DNA of 64,000 nucleotides from Acutalibacteraceae bacterium. GTDB taxonomy: Bacteria > Bacillota > Clostridia > Oscillospirales > Acutalibacteraceae. The position numbers and the translations under genes are program-made. The notes beneath the pieces are model-generated. The model worked only from the letters and a program-made list of their open reading frames with translations. It had not been told where the DNA came from and ran no database searches. Shown here piece by piece: positions 34,868 through 45,023 of this stretch. The first letter of the stretch is position 1; the number at the start of each line of letters is the position of its first letter. The stretch spans positions 1,910-65,909 of the forward strand of contig JAZSAM010000040.1 of NCBI GenBank assembly GCA_045601905.1. Direction: 5' to 3'.

Positions 34868-36119
34868 CCGTAATTTTTCTGCTTTTTCAAAAAAGCAGCT
34901 TGTCGCACTCTGCTGGTGGCACGATGAATCCCCCTTTTGCAGCAGGGACGGGATCATCTGCGACGGCGCAGTCAGAAGCGGCAAAACCACCTGTATGTCA
35001 CTTTCCTTTGTCTCATGGGCTTTTTACAGCTTTGACGACACCTCCTTTGCAGTTTGCGGCAAAACCATCACCTCATTAAGGCGTAACATCATCACGGAGC
35101 TTTTGCCCCGCCTGAGAGGTCTCGGCTTTGAATGCAAGGAAAGGCTCAGTCAGAACATGATCGAAATAACCCTTGAGGACAGAACGAACAGATTCTATCT
35201 TTTCGGAGGCCGTGACGAAGGCTCTGCTTCTCTTATTCAGGGTATGACTTTGGGTGGTGTTCTCCTTGACGAAGTTGCTCTCATGCCCCGTTCCTTTGTT
35301 GAACAGGCTCTGGCACGTTGCTCCCTTGCGGGCTCAAAATTCTGGTTTAACTGTAACCCCGAAAATCCGATGCATTGGTTTTACAAGGAGTGGATACTAA
35401 AGCACAGAGAAAAGAACTGTCTTTATGTTCACTTTCTGATGTCCGACAATCCCTCACTTTCACCGAAAATGATCAGCCGCTACGAAAACCTTTACAGCGG
35501 CACCTTTTATGAAAGATTTGTTCTCGGGAAATGGGTTGCCGTTGACGGCCTTGTTTACCCCGATGCGGCACAGGGGAAATACACAGTAAATCCACCCGTA
35601 CAGAGCTTTGAAAAGTATTATGTCTCCTGTGATTACGGGACTGTCAACCCCACCTCAATGGGGCTGTGGGGACTTTATGACGAGGTCTGGTACCGCATTG
35701 ACGAATACTATTTCGACTCAAGGAAACAGGGCAGGCAGAAAACCGATGAAGAATATTATGAGGATCTTCTTTCCTTTACAGAGGGTAAAACAATCGCTTC
35801 GGTAATAATCGATCCCTCTGCCGCATCCTTCATCGAGTGCATCTGCCGACACGGAAAATTCAGTGTCACTCCTGCAAGAAACGATGTTACTGACGGTATC
35901 CGCAAGGTGCAAAGCGCCTTTCGTGACGGAAAAATCCGCATTTCCCCCTGCTGTAAAAGTGCAATCAGGGAATTCTCCCTTTACCGCTGGGATGAGAGTG
36001 CAAAAAAGGATGCTCCGAAAAAAGAAAACGACCACGCCATGGATGAAATCAGGTACTTCGTTCTGAATGTGCTTTCCTCGCAGGATGACGGATTTTTCGC
36101 CCTTGCATCAAGCAGATAA
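34854..36119 (+). CDS. phage terminase large subunit
   Basis: Walker A sequence GAVRSGKT, Walker B-like sequence VLLDE, and a C-terminal nuclease-like region with DHAMDEIRY. Confidence 0.9.
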   Translation: MSLGNRNFSAFSKKQLVALCWWHDESPFCSRDGIICDGAVRSGKTTCMSLSFVSWAFYSFDDTSFAVCGKTITSLRRNIITELLPRLRGLGFECKERLSQNMIEITLEDRTNRFYLFGGRDEGSASLIQGMTLGGVLLDEVALMPRSFVEQALARCSLAGSKFWFNCNPENPMHWFYKEWILKHREKNCLYVHFLMSDNPSLSPKMISRYENLYSGTFYERFVLGKWVAVDGLVYPDAAQGKYTVNPPVQSFEKYYVSCDYGTVNPTSMGLWGLYDEVWYRIDEYYFDSRKQGRQKTDEEYYEDLLSFTEGKTIASVIIDPSAASFIECICRHGKFSVTPARNDVTDGIRKVQSAFRDGKIRISPCCKSAIREFSLYRWDESAKKDAPKKENDHAMDEIRYFVLNVLSSQDDGFFALASSR

Positions 36120-36158
36120 ATTCGGAAAATCTTTGTTTCCGGGAAAGGAGAAAAAAAT

Positions 36159-37331
36159 TTGGCAATCGGAAAAAGAAAAAAAGACTCTCCCGAAAGTGCC
36201 GTTGTGGCAGTCCCGCAGACCTCAGGCTCATCCCATCCCTTTGTGAGCCTGAGCAGCTATAATCCTGTTTCATCGGCTGATATGGCACTTTTCAAGTCAC
36301 TGAGAGAAGCCATTCCCGTAATTGACGCCGCCATCTTCAAGATCATCCGTCTCATCGGCTCCTTTACGGTTGAGTGCGAAAACAAAGAAGCAGGAAAGGC
36401 TCTGGCCAACTTTCTCAGAAATGTCAATGTCGGTGGCACCCGTCAGGGAATTGATGCTTTCATTTCAACCTTTCTTGAGCAGCTTCTGACCTACGGCACT
36501 GCTATCGGTGAAATGATTACTGACGGAGACACCGTCACCCATCTTTACAACGCCGATCTGAAATGCGTATCCCTTTCTGAAGGAAGCAGTGCTCTTGACA
36601 TCACCGTAAGCACAGATAAGGGAAACGGCACCTTTACTCCCGTTAAGTATCCTGCCCTCATCCTGCTTTCCGTGCACAACCCCGAGCCGGGCAAGATTTA
36701 CGGCACCTCGATTCTCAAGGGACTTCCCTTTGTAAGCGACATTCTTCTGAAAATTTACAACACCATCGGCACAAACTGGGAAAGAGTCGGCAACGTGCGC
36801 TTCGCCGTTACCTACAAGCCCCAGAACGATGTTATGGACAAGGCTTACGCAAAGGAAAGAGCAATGCTCGTGGCAAACGAATGGAGCAAGGCAATGAGCT
36901 CGGGGAGTTCGGCGGCAAAGGACTTTGTTGCCGTAGGCGATGTCAGCATTAAGGCAATCGGTGCAGACAATCAGATTCTCGACAGTGAAATTCCCGTAAG
37001 GCAGATGCTCGAGCAGATAATTGCAAAAATCGGCATTCCTCCCTTCCTGCTCGGTCTTAACTGGTCAACTACGGAACGAATGAGCTATCAGCAGGCTGAT
37101 ATTCTCACAAGCGAAATCGAATTTTACCGCCGTGAGCTTAATCCCATTATCTCACAGATCTGCCGCCTTTTCTTAAGGCTCAACGGCTTCGACTGTGACT
37201 TTGACATCAACTGGGAGCACATAACGCTTCAGGACATCACGGAAATTGCACGAAGCCGTTACCTTGACGCACAGACAAGAAAAATTGACTATGAAACAGG
37301 AGGTGAAGCCAATGAATCAGGCACCCAATAA
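36159..37331 (+). CDS. phage portal protein
   Basis: Size and position after terL fit a portal, and the sequence character is portal-like. TTG start. Confidence 0.7.
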   Translation: MAIGKRKKDSPESAVVAVPQTSGSSHPFVSLSSYNPVSSADMALFKSLREAIPVIDAAIFKIIRLIGSFTVECENKEAGKALANFLRNVNVGGTRQGIDAFISTFLEQLLTYGTAIGEMITDGDTVTHLYNADLKCVSLSEGSSALDITVSTDKGNGTFTPVKYPALILLSVHNPEPGKIYGTSILKGLPFVSDILLKIYNTIGTNWERVGNVRFAVTYKPQNDVMDKAYAKERAMLVANEWSKAMSSGSSAAKDFVAVGDVSIKAIGADNQILDSEIPVRQMLEQIIAKIGIPPFLLGLNWSTTERMSYQQADILTSEIEFYRRELNPIISQICRLFLRLNGFDCDFDINWEHITLQDITEIARSRYLDAQTRKIDYETGGEANESGTQ

Positions 37332-38253
37332 CACTCCCGACGCAAGTGACCTTGAGCTTATAAACACCTACACACGCAATCCCATTTCAGTTGATGAGGT
37401 TTACTGCTTCAATCTCACCCTCTGCGACAACGAGGTTGACCGGGACTTCGAACGCTTTTCCGTTGACGCTCTCAAGGGACTTTGTGAGCTTTTCCCCGGA
37501 AGAACAGGCATCTGCGACCATAATATGAGCGCTAAAAATCAGATGGCCCGTATTTTCAGAACCTGGCTCGAGGAGGACAGCACAAAAAAGACCTCTGTGG
37601 GTGAAGCCTATGTAGCATTAAGGGCAAAGGCCTATATGCTCAGAACAAAGGAAAACGAGGAGCTTATTTCCCAGATTGAAGGCGGCATCAAAAAGGAGGT
37701 AAGCGTAGGCTGCTCAATGAAAAATGTCACCTGCTCAATCTGCGGTAAGGACATGAAAGGCCACGAATGCAGTCACATCAAGGGAAAGCACTACGGCAAA
37801 AAGCTCTGTCACGGAATTCTTGACAACGCAAACGATGCTTACGAATGGTCTTTTGTCGCCGTACCTGCACAAAAGAACGCAGGCGTTACAAAGGCCTTTT
37901 CTCCCGAAAAAGAAAAAGACGCCGTCGTATCTGATTCCTCAGACAGCATTTATACCGACAAGGTTCTCTGCTCAAAGGAGCACCTGAGTCAGCTTGAAGG
38001 CCTCGCGCAGGACGGAAGGCTTTACAGAGACGAGCTAAAAAAACAAATGAAGAAGTACGCACTTATTGCTATGCCTAAGGTAACAGCCGAAAGCATAATT
38101 GCAGCCTGCGAGGGTATGGAAACCTCCGCACTCAAGGCTCTTACCGACGGACTCAGAGCGCAGGCAGGGGAGATAATTCCCGTAACTCTTCAGCTTCGTG
38201 AGTTAAATGAAAAAAAGACAAAAAACTTCAACAACAATGCTTTTAAAATTTAA
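37312..38253 (+). CDS. putative prohead protease with C-terminal scaffold-like coiled coil
   Basis: ATG 37312 follows aggagg. VDRDFERFS...GICDHN...EVSVGCS resembles the spacing of S78-type prohead protease motifs. The C-terminal half is charged and helical. Confidence 0.5.
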   Translation: MNQAPNNTPDASDLELINTYTRNPISVDEVYCFNLTLCDNEVDRDFERFSVDALKGLCELFPGRTGICDHNMSAKNQMARIFRTWLEEDSTKKTSVGEAYVALRAKAYMLRTKENEELISQIEGGIKKEVSVGCSMKNVTCSICGKDMKGHECSHIKGKHYGKKLCHGILDNANDAYEWSFVAVPAQKNAGVTKAFSPEKEKDAVVSDSSDSIYTDKVLCSKEHLSQLEGLAQDGRLYRDELKKQMKKYALIAMPKVTAESIIAACEGMETSALKALTDGLRAQAGEIIPVTLQLRELNEKKTKNFNNNAFKI

Positions 38254-38265
38254 GGAGGATTTTTT

Positions 38266-38607
38266 ATGAACGCACTTTTAAACGGCTTTGACACAAATGA
38301 GGCCACTTTCAGAACAATGACCAAGCTTTCACCCAACAGAGCGGTGGCACTCAGCAGCGACGGTACTCTTTTTTATCCCTTAAGCGGAAAATTTACAGGT
38401 ATACTCACTTCCTGCAAGGATAATATCGGCTCCGTTGTAATGAGAGGCTATGCAGTAGCCGAATTCAAAAGCACCGTCCCCTCAGTCGGTATCTGCAATC
38501 TCGCTCCCACACCCACAGGTTACATGGAGGTTGACGATACAAACGGTAAGCCCTATACCGTTGTGGGCGTTGATCTTATTAACAAAACTATTGAATTTAT
38601 TCTCTAA
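38266..38607 (+). CDS. phage head-associated hypothetical protein
   Basis: RBS aaggagg. Lies between the protease and capsid genes. Confidence 0.55.
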   Translation: MNALLNGFDTNEATFRTMTKLSPNRAVALSSDGTLFYPLSGKFTGILTSCKDNIGSVVMRGYAVAEFKSTVPSVGICNLAPTPTGYMEVDDTNGKPYTVVGVDLINKTIEFIL

Positions 38608-38622
38608 GAGGAGGAAAACGAA

Positions 38623-39627
38623 ATGAATTTTGATAACATCAGACTCGATAAAGGACTTTACACCACCGGCAAGAGCTTCACTCAGGCGCTTGAAGAGATT
38701 GACCCCAGCGAAAACTACATAGGCACAGAGCTTGAAGGGCTCGACGCCTTCCAGCGTCAGCTCAAGCGCTTTGACATCAAGGTCAGCGGCAAAAACAGCG
38801 ACCCTATCGAAAAGTTTTTCAGAACAACCGATTCAGCTGCCCTTTTCCCTGAATATATTTCACGCTCCGTTGCTCAGGGCGTTGATTCAACAGACATTCT
38901 TGATTCAATTGTTGCCACAACAACAAAAATTGAAGGTCTTGATTACCGTTCAGTAACAACCGAAAATTGCGAGGATGCATACCAGCCCTCAGTCATCGCA
39001 GAAGGTGCTTTTGTACCTGAAACAAAAATTGTCACAAAGGACAAGCTTGTCCACCTTCATAAGTGCGGCAGAATGCTTAGCGCCTCCTACGAAGCAATCC
39101 GCTTCCAGAGAATCGACCTTTTCACTGTCGCTCTCAGACAGATCGGTATCGGCATTGCACGTGCCCAGCTTGCAGATGCAATTGAAGTTCTTATTTACGG
39201 TGCTTCCGACTCCGCACCTGCAAAAACGGTTACCGCTGAAAATTCAACCGTATCCTTCGCAAATCTTCTCAAGCTCTGGGATGCTCTTTCTCCCTATAAT
39301 CTCTCAACTCTCATTGCTTCACCTGATGTAATGCTCAAGCTTCTCGCTCTTCCCGAATTCAGAGACAGCTACAAGGGTCTCGATTTCCACGCATCAGGCA
39401 AAATGATCACTCCTCTCGGTGCCGAGCTCTTCAAGCACGAGCCTCTCAATGCAGACACGCTTCTTGCCCTCGACAAGACCTGCGCTCTTGAAAAAATCGA
39501 AGCAATGCCCGTTACTACAGAATTTGACAAGCTTATTGACCGTCAGCTTGAAAGAGCCTCAATCACAACGATTGCCGGCTTCTCAAAGATTTTTGAAGGT
39601 GCTTGTGCAGTAATGAGCTTCGAATAA
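38623..39627 (+). CDS. phage major capsid protein
   Basis: 334 aa, RBS gaggagg, in the canonical position after protease/scaffold. No close family recalled. Confidence 0.65.
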   Translation: MNFDNIRLDKGLYTTGKSFTQALEEIDPSENYIGTELEGLDAFQRQLKRFDIKVSGKNSDPIEKFFRTTDSAALFPEYISRSVAQGVDSTDILDSIVATTTKIEGLDYRSVTTENCEDAYQPSVIAEGAFVPETKIVTKDKLVHLHKCGRMLSASYEAIRFQRIDLFTVALRQIGIGIARAQLADAIEVLIYGASDSAPAKTVTAENSTVSFANLLKLWDALSPYNLSTLIASPDVMLKLLALPEFRDSYKGLDFHASGKMITPLGAELFKHEPLNADTLLALDKTCALEKIEAMPVTTEFDKLIDRQLERASITTIAGFSKIFEGACAVMSFE

Positions 39628-39638
39628 GGAGTGGTTGA

Positions 39639-40001
39639 ATGATTACCTCAAGCGATGTTCTTACACAGCTCAGTTGTAATTATGACACCTCGGGTTATCC
39701 CGAAGAGGAGCTTCTCTCCTGCTGTGAGGCAGGACTCAGCTGGGTAAATTCCCGACTTAAAACCAACACCTCAAAGGATGATCCACTCATCGCACAGACC
39801 GCAGCGGCAATTGCACACTATCACTTTTTTGTCCGCACTCTCACAGAGCCTGACAAATATGAGAGCTACAAGGTCGGTGACATCACTGTAAATGCCGATC
39901 CCTCAAAGGCTCTTGAAAGAGAAAAGCAGATCCGTGACAATGCCATTGCCGATGCGGCATCAATTCTTGTTGACGGAGGTTTTTACTGCTGTGGTTACTG
40001 A
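39639..40001 (+). CDS. head-tail connector / adaptor-like protein
   Basis: 120 aa, immediately after the capsid gene. RBS aaggag. Confidence 0.5.
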   Translation: MITSSDVLTQLSCNYDTSGYPEEELLSCCEAGLSWVNSRLKTNTSKDDPLIAQTAAAIAHYHFFVRTLTEPDKYESYKVGDITVNADPSKALEREKQIRDNAIADAASILVDGGFYCCGY

Positions 40002-40005
40002 TAAA

Positions 40006-40329
40006 GTGGCGAAAGCCCTTATTGAAAAATCGGGAGTCACTCTCCTTATAAAAAAAGACTCCGTAACCGTAGGCAGCTTCAAGGCCTTTCTTCAGCCTCT
40101 CAGGTATAAAAACAAAATATACCTGAGGGGTGTCCCCACGGAATTAGGTTACGACAGTCAGAAAAAATACCTGCTTATCTCACCGTCCGATGTTGACCTT
40201 TCCGATGTTGACGGAACAAACCGTGCCCTTTATTTTGAAGACAGACATCTCAGTATCGACCACAGTGAAAGGGTTTACTTCGGCAATGTTCCCTTTTACA
40301 CCTGGTCCATTGTAAGTAAGGAGGAATAA
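40006..40329 (+). CDS. phage head-closure-like hypothetical protein
   Basis: GTG at 40006 lies just after the upstream stop and is preferred over the 39892 start, which would overlap by 110 nt. The start is uncertain. Confidence 0.45.
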   Translation: MAKALIEKSGVTLLIKKDSVTVGSFKAFLQPLRYKNKIYLRGVPTELGYDSQKKYLLISPSDVDLSDVDGTNRALYFEDRHLSIDHSERVYFGNVPFYTWSIVSKEE

Positions 40330-40330
40330 A

Positions 40331-41143
40331 ATGCTTTTCACTTCAGAAATAATCAATGATATGATAGAGGCGATAAACGGTCAGCTAAAGCCGAAAAAGT
40401 GCGAAGCCATCCGCGGCTTTGACACAAAGGGTCTGCCGATTCCTCTCAAGAAGATTTACCTCTCCTTTGCTCCCGAAAAAAATACCGTTACATACTTCAG
40501 CAACGACTTTGAGGAGTTCTGTCAGAAGAATGAAGCCACAATCCGTATGACCTGCTTTTCGCCTCTCGCGTCCCTTGCCTCGGACACTCACGTACTGCTT
40601 GAGCAGGTGCTTACCTTCCTCAACGAAAAGTACATCACGGAAATTTCCGGCTACACCATCGGTGAAACGGAATACGACAGCGATGTCAAGGCCTTCCGTA
40701 TTATCTGTAAGATATTCTACGAAAGAGAATCCTGCCCTGCCGAAAGCTCGGAAAATACCAACATCACAACTCCATATAACTTTTTCTGCAAATCCCACGT
40801 CACCGACAAGGACATTCACATCACCGCCGAGGAGCACGCAAAATACAACGAGCCCTTTGTCACCGGCACCTACACGGGACACGGATACGATGTTGAAAAG
40901 GAAATCGAGCTGGGCTTCAGACCGAAGCTTCTTTTCATCTTCCGTCAGGGCTATCCACCTATGGTTTTCGACAGCGACATTCTCTTTATGAAAAATTACT
41001 GCGGATTTTCCTTCGGCGGAAAAAGCTCTAAAAATCTTCACATTACCTCCACCGGCTTTTATGTGCTGGATACACAGAAAACAGAAAATGAAACAAGGCT
41101 CAATGAGGACGGCATTGTTTATGTTTATGTAGCCTTCAGATAA
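40331..41143 (+). CDS. phage-module hypothetical protein (270 aa)
   Basis: RBS aaggagg. Last gene of the co-directional module. No family recognised. Confidence 0.55.
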   Translation: MLFTSEIINDMIEAINGQLKPKKCEAIRGFDTKGLPIPLKKIYLSFAPEKNTVTYFSNDFEEFCQKNEATIRMTCFSPLASLASDTHVLLEQVLTFLNEKYITEISGYTIGETEYDSDVKAFRIICKIFYERESCPAESSENTNITTPYNFFCKSHVTDKDIHITAEEHAKYNEPFVTGTYTGHGYDVEKEIELGFRPKLLFIFRQGYPPMVFDSDILFMKNYCGFSFGGKSSKNLHITSTGFYVLDTQKTENETRLNEDGIVYVYVAFR

Positions 41144-41161
41144 ACCGGGCTATAAAAGAAA

Positions 41162-41199
41162 CAATCCTGCATGGAAATATCCGTGCAGGATTGCTTTTT
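41162..41199. terminator. bidirectional terminator ending the phage module and the convergent ABC gene
   Basis: CAATCCTGCATGG-aaatat-CCGTGCAGGATTG followed by CTTTTT. Confidence 0.8.
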
Positions 41200-41205
41200 A
41201 CATTT

Positions 41206-42957
41206 TTATATATTCTTTCTGTCCGTTTCGTAAAGCCTCTTGTAAACGCCGTCAACCGAAAGCAATTCGTCATGAGTGCCCTGCTGCTCAATTCCGTTTT
41301 CGGTCAGCACAATGATTCTTGAAGCATTGCGGACCGTGGAAAGTCTGTGAGCAATTGTGAAGGTTGTTCTTCCCTTCGTAAGCTCGGCAAGGGACTTTTT
41401 GATGTAAAGCTCACTTTCATTGTCAAGCGCCGAGGTTGCCTCATCAAGAATGAGAATAGGCGGATTCTTTACAAAGACTCTTGCAATGCTGATTCTCTGC
41501 TTCTGACCGCCTGAAAGCATAACGCCCCTTTCACCGACATAGGTGTCGTACCCGTCGGGAAGTCCGCAGATGAATTCGTGAGCGCCTGCCTTCCTTGCCG
41601 CTTCAACAGCATCCTCTCTTGTGGCATCCTTTTTACCGTAAAGAATATTTTCAATCACGCTGCCCGAAAACAGATAAACATCCTGCTGAACAACACCGAT
41701 GGCGTTACGAAGCTCCTCAAGTGAAAGCTCCCTAATGTCTCTGCCGTCAAGAAGCACGCTACCCTGCTGAGGCTCATAAAATCTTGAAATGAGTGAGCAA
41801 AGGGTGGTTTTACCGCTTCCCGAGGGACCTACAACGGCAATGTTTTCACCCTTTTTTACCTTAAGACTGATGTTGGCAAGAACATCGCCCTTTTCCTTTG
41901 CATAGCTGAAGGAAACGTCTCTGAACTCAATTTCGCCCCTGACCTCACCGGGAGTATCACCTTTGCCGTAGCCCGGCTCACAAGGAGCCTCGAGAATTTC
42001 CGCAAAGCGCTCAATTCCCGTCATTCCCTTTTCAAACTGCTCTGTGAATTCGACAATTCTCTTGATTGCCGCAATCAGCATACCTATGTAAAGAAGGTAA
42101 GCAGTCATATCTGCGGCAGTTATTTTTCCTTTTATAAGAAAGTATCCGCCGAGAATTATCATTATTACATACATCAGTCCGTCAAAGAGCCTTGTAACGG
42201 CATTGAGCCTTGCCATATATTTGTAGGAATCACGCTGAACCTCGCTCAGTGCCGTGCTCTGCTCATTGAACTTTTTCTTTTCGAGCTCCTCATTTGCAAA
42301 GGATTTGACGACTCTTATTCCGAGAAGCGTGGTTTCGGTCTGTGCATTCACCTCACCTGCGATAACACGCCTTTCCTTGAAGACCGCACGCATTTTTCTT
42401 CTGAAATAAATGCTTCCGAAAAAGATAAAAGGAATAGCTAAAAAGGTTGCAACCGTCAGCGTAAGATTGATTGAAGCAAGAATGCCGAAGGAGGCAACGA
42501 TTTTGATTCCCGCAATGAAAAATTCCTCAGGACAGTGATGGGAAAATTCGGCAATATCGAAAAGGTCAGTTGTGATTCTTGACATAAGCTGACCGATTTT
42601 CGTTTTATCAAAATATGAAAACGGTGCCGTAAGAAGATGAGCAAACATATCCTCGCGCATATCCTTTTCTATTTTTACACCCATTCCGTGACCGATGTAA
42701 ATCATATAATAGCCTGCCGCCATATCGATAAGCTTAAGCACACCGTAAACTGCTGCAAGAGACACAATCAGCTCCCATGTAAGCTTTGAAAGGTCTGTTG
42801 TTGCAACAGAGGTTATTTCTCTTATAATCATAGGCAGCACAATTTCGCATCCCGTTGTCAGAAGGGCGCAGAAAAGGTCAAGCACAAGCACCGCCTTGTG
42901 CCTTTTGAAGTAAGGAATGAAATGTTTTCTGAGTAAGCCTTTTTTGTGGTTTTTCAT
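41206..42957 (-). CDS. ABC transporter, fused permease/ATPase (MsbA/multidrug exporter type)
   Basis: Six-TM N-terminal domain, Walker A GPSGSGKTT, signature LSGGQKQR and Walker B ILILDEATS. Start moved to the ATG at 42957. Confidence 0.92.
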   Translation of the reverse strand: MKNHKKGLLRKHFIPYFKRHKAVLVLDLFCALLTTGCEIVLPMIIREITSVATTDLSKLTWELIVSLAAVYGVLKLIDMAAGYYMIYIGHGMGVKIEKDMREDMFAHLLTAPFSYFDKTKIGQLMSRITTDLFDIAEFSHHCPEEFFIAGIKIVASFGILASINLTLTVATFLAIPFIFFGSIYFRRKMRAVFKERRVIAGEVNAQTETTLLGIRVVKSFANEELEKKKFNEQSTALSEVQRDSYKYMARLNAVTRLFDGLMYVIMIILGGYFLIKGKITAADMTAYLLYIGMLIAAIKRIVEFTEQFEKGMTGIERFAEILEAPCEPGYGKGDTPGEVRGEIEFRDVSFSYAKEKGDVLANISLKVKKGENIAVVGPSGSGKTTLCSLISRFYEPQQGSVLLDGRDIRELSLEELRNAIGVVQQDVYLFSGSVIENILYGKKDATREDAVEAARKAGAHEFICGLPDGYDTYVGERGVMLSGGQKQRISIARVFVKNPPILILDEATSALDNESELYIKKSLAELTKGRTTFTIAHRLSTVRNASRIIVLTENGIEQQGTHDELLSVDGVYKRLYETDRKNI

Positions 42958-42980
42958 TTTTATCACCTTTATAAACGAAG

Positions 42981-43325
42981 TTATCGCTGTATTAAAACAC
43001 CTTTCATAAACGGTGTTTCGTTATGTGTTTCGTATACTGTCTGTTTTTCTTCGGCTGTACATCCAATCAATATTTTTATTTCGGAATCTTTTTTTATTAA
43101 ATCGACAATACACATTATTGCATCGGCTTTTTTCTCTTTGCTTCCTACCCAAACATCTATTCCTGCCCCATCCATAGAGGATGTATCCTTTAAATAGCCG
43201 TAATCTACCCGATAAATAAAATCCGGGTACTTGGGATGCGCCGTTCCTTTAGGTCTGTCAATTACAATTTCCGAGCTGTTTACCAATTCATCTACAGCAT
43301 TCCAAAATTCAGTATTATCCTGCAT
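42981..43325 (-). CDS. small inorganic-pyrophosphatase-like domain protein
   Basis: IDRPKGTAHPKYPDFIYRVDYGYL...DGAGIDVWVG resembles short proteins annotated as pyrophosphatase in Clostridia, from memory only. Confidence 0.5.
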   Translation of the reverse strand: MQDNTEFWNAVDELVNSSEIVIDRPKGTAHPKYPDFIYRVDYGYLKDTSSMDGAGIDVWVGSKEKKADAIMCIVDLIKKDSEIKILIGCTAEEKQTVYETHNETPFMKGVLIQR

Positions 43326-43443
43326 TAAACCACACTTTCACATTTTTTAAACAATTCTCACAGCATTTTCTCTTTCGCGGAACAAAACTAAAAACTGCTT
43401 CACAATTACTCCGCGACCGAAATTCTGCATTCTGCATTTTAAA

Positions 43444-43732
43444 GGGGCTGTAAAAAAGTGCAGACCGCATAAAACAAGATAACTAAAGGGTTTCTTTCGG
43501 TTTTGAACTGCCAAAGAAACCCTTTAAACAATAAAAAATATTAAAAGAGGCAAAAACCTTGTTTTTGCGTTTTATGCTATAAACAAACCTCGCCCTCGGA
43601 GTACCTCTGTACGCCGTCGGGTAACCCAAAATAAAGCAAAAAGCTTTATTTTGGCTCGGTTTGTTCATTCTGCGCGTTTTTTCCTAGCCCCTAAAAAAGG
43701 GGATGTAAAAAAACGAGTTTTTTTACATCCCC
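43444..43732 (-). repeat. repeat family C copy 4 (inverted)
   Basis: Reverse complement of copies 1-3. Its terminal hairpin GGGGATGTAAAAAAAcgagTTTTTTTACATCCCC lies 5 nt from the lysC stop. Confidence 0.85.
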
Positions 43733-43737
43733 TTTTA

Positions 43738-44940
43738 TTAACCGAAGAATGCCTTGTGAACTGCGGATACAGCCTTGTCAGCAAACTCCTTATCAATAAG
43801 CACGGAGATTGTGATTTCACTTGTGGAAATCATGCTGATGTTGATGCCCGCCTCATAAAGAGCGCCGAACATCTTTGAAGCTGTGCCCGAATGTGACTGC
43901 ATGCCTGCACCGACAATTGAAACCTTGGCAACGGATGTATCGCTTGAAACTGCTGCACCCTCCATTGCAAAAATATCGTTGAGGATTTCAACTGCTTCGT
44001 CAGCATATCCTGCTGCACAGGTAAAGGAAATGTCCTTTGTACCGTCTCTGCCTACTGACTGAAGAATAACGTCAATGTTGATGCCCTTCTGTGCAAGGCG
44101 TGAGAACATCTTGAATGCATTACCGGGAATATCCTTCATTCCTACAACGGAAATTCTTGCAATGTCTGTATCCTTTGTAACGCCTCTGATTAACATCTTT
44201 TCCATCTTTGCTACCTCCCTGACGATGGTTCCGGGCTCTCTTACAAGGCTTGAGAGAACCTCTAATTCTACATTGTATTTCTTTGCCATTTCAACGGAAC
44301 GGTTGTTGAGAACCTGTGCGCCGAGAGTAGCAAATTCAAGCATTTCATCATAAGTGATGTCTGCGAGCTTCTGTGTGTTTTCAACCTTTCTGGGATCGGC
44401 TGTAAAAACGCCCGTAACATCGGTGAAGATCTGACAACGGTCAGCGTGAAGAGCTGCTGCAATTGCAACTGCACTTGTGTCTGAGCCGCCTCTTCCGAGG
44501 GTTGTCATATCATCATACTGGTTAAGTCCCTGGAATCCTGCAACAATAACAATCTTTTTCTTGTCAAGCTCTTTTTCCAGTCTTTCGGTTTTGATCTGAC
44601 GGATTCTTGCACTTCCGTATGCGGAATTTGTCACGAAGCCTGCCTGCCAGCCGAGAAGTGAAATAACGGGATAACCCATTTCCTCGATTGCCATTGCAAG
44701 AAGGGAGATTGAAATCTGCTCACCTGCAGTAAGGAGCATATCCATTTCTCTTTTTGAGGGGTTCTTGCTGATTTCCGCTGCCTTTTCAATAAGGTCATCT
44801 GTTGTGTCACCCTGAGCTGAAACAACAACTACAACGTTGTTTCCCTGCTTATAGGTATCGGTAATTATACCGGCAACATTTCTGACTCTGTCGGCGTTTG
44901 CAACGGAGGAGCCGCCGAATTTCTGTACTATTAATGCCAT
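43738..44940 (-). CDS. lysC: aspartate kinase
   Basis: MALIVQKFGGSSV, with C-terminal ACT domains. Start moved to the ATG at 44940, after aggagg. Confidence 0.95.
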   Translation of the reverse strand: MALIVQKFGGSSVANADRVRNVAGIITDTYKQGNNVVVVVSAQGDTTDDLIEKAAEISKNPSKREMDMLLTAGEQISISLLAMAIEEMGYPVISLLGWQAGFVTNSAYGSARIRQIKTERLEKELDKKKIVIVAGFQGLNQYDDMTTLGRGGSDTSAVAIAAALHADRCQIFTDVTGVFTADPRKVENTQKLADITYDEMLEFATLGAQVLNNRSVEMAKKYNVELEVLSSLVREPGTIVREVAKMEKMLIRGVTKDTDIARISVVGMKDIPGNAFKMFSRLAQKGINIDVILQSVGRDGTKDISFTCAAGYADEAVEILNDIFAMEGAAVSSDTSVAKVSIVGAGMQSHSGTASKMFGALYEAGINISMISTSEITISVLIDKEFADKAVSAVHKAFFG

Positions 44941-45023
44941 GTGTGTGCCTCCTATAAAAAACATGCGGAAACCGTAAGGAATACCCGTGGTTTCCGTCAC
45001 GCTTATAAACAAAATTGTGCAAA

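Noticed and set aside
40385-41041. 218-aa minus-strand ORF antisense to the last phage-module gene
   Set aside because: It has no RBS, is antisense to a gene with a good RBS and tight operon spacing, and its composition looks typical of a shadow ORF.
34352-41143. Calling this region an intact prophage
   Set aside because: Only packaging and head genes are present. No integrase, repressor, replication, tail, holin or endolysin genes and no att-like direct repeats could be seen, so it is reported as a head-only module.
43483-43668. 61-aa ORF (MNKPSQNKAF...) inside repeat C4, with equivalent ~46-codon frames (MRRMNKPSQNK...) in C1-C3
   Set aside because: The first ATG is ACG in copy 4, and copy 3 carries a small insertion that creates an in-frame TAA. 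Sequence differences cluster in hairpin loops and keep the stems paired. This pattern fits a structured DNA/RNA repeat rather than a conserved peptide.
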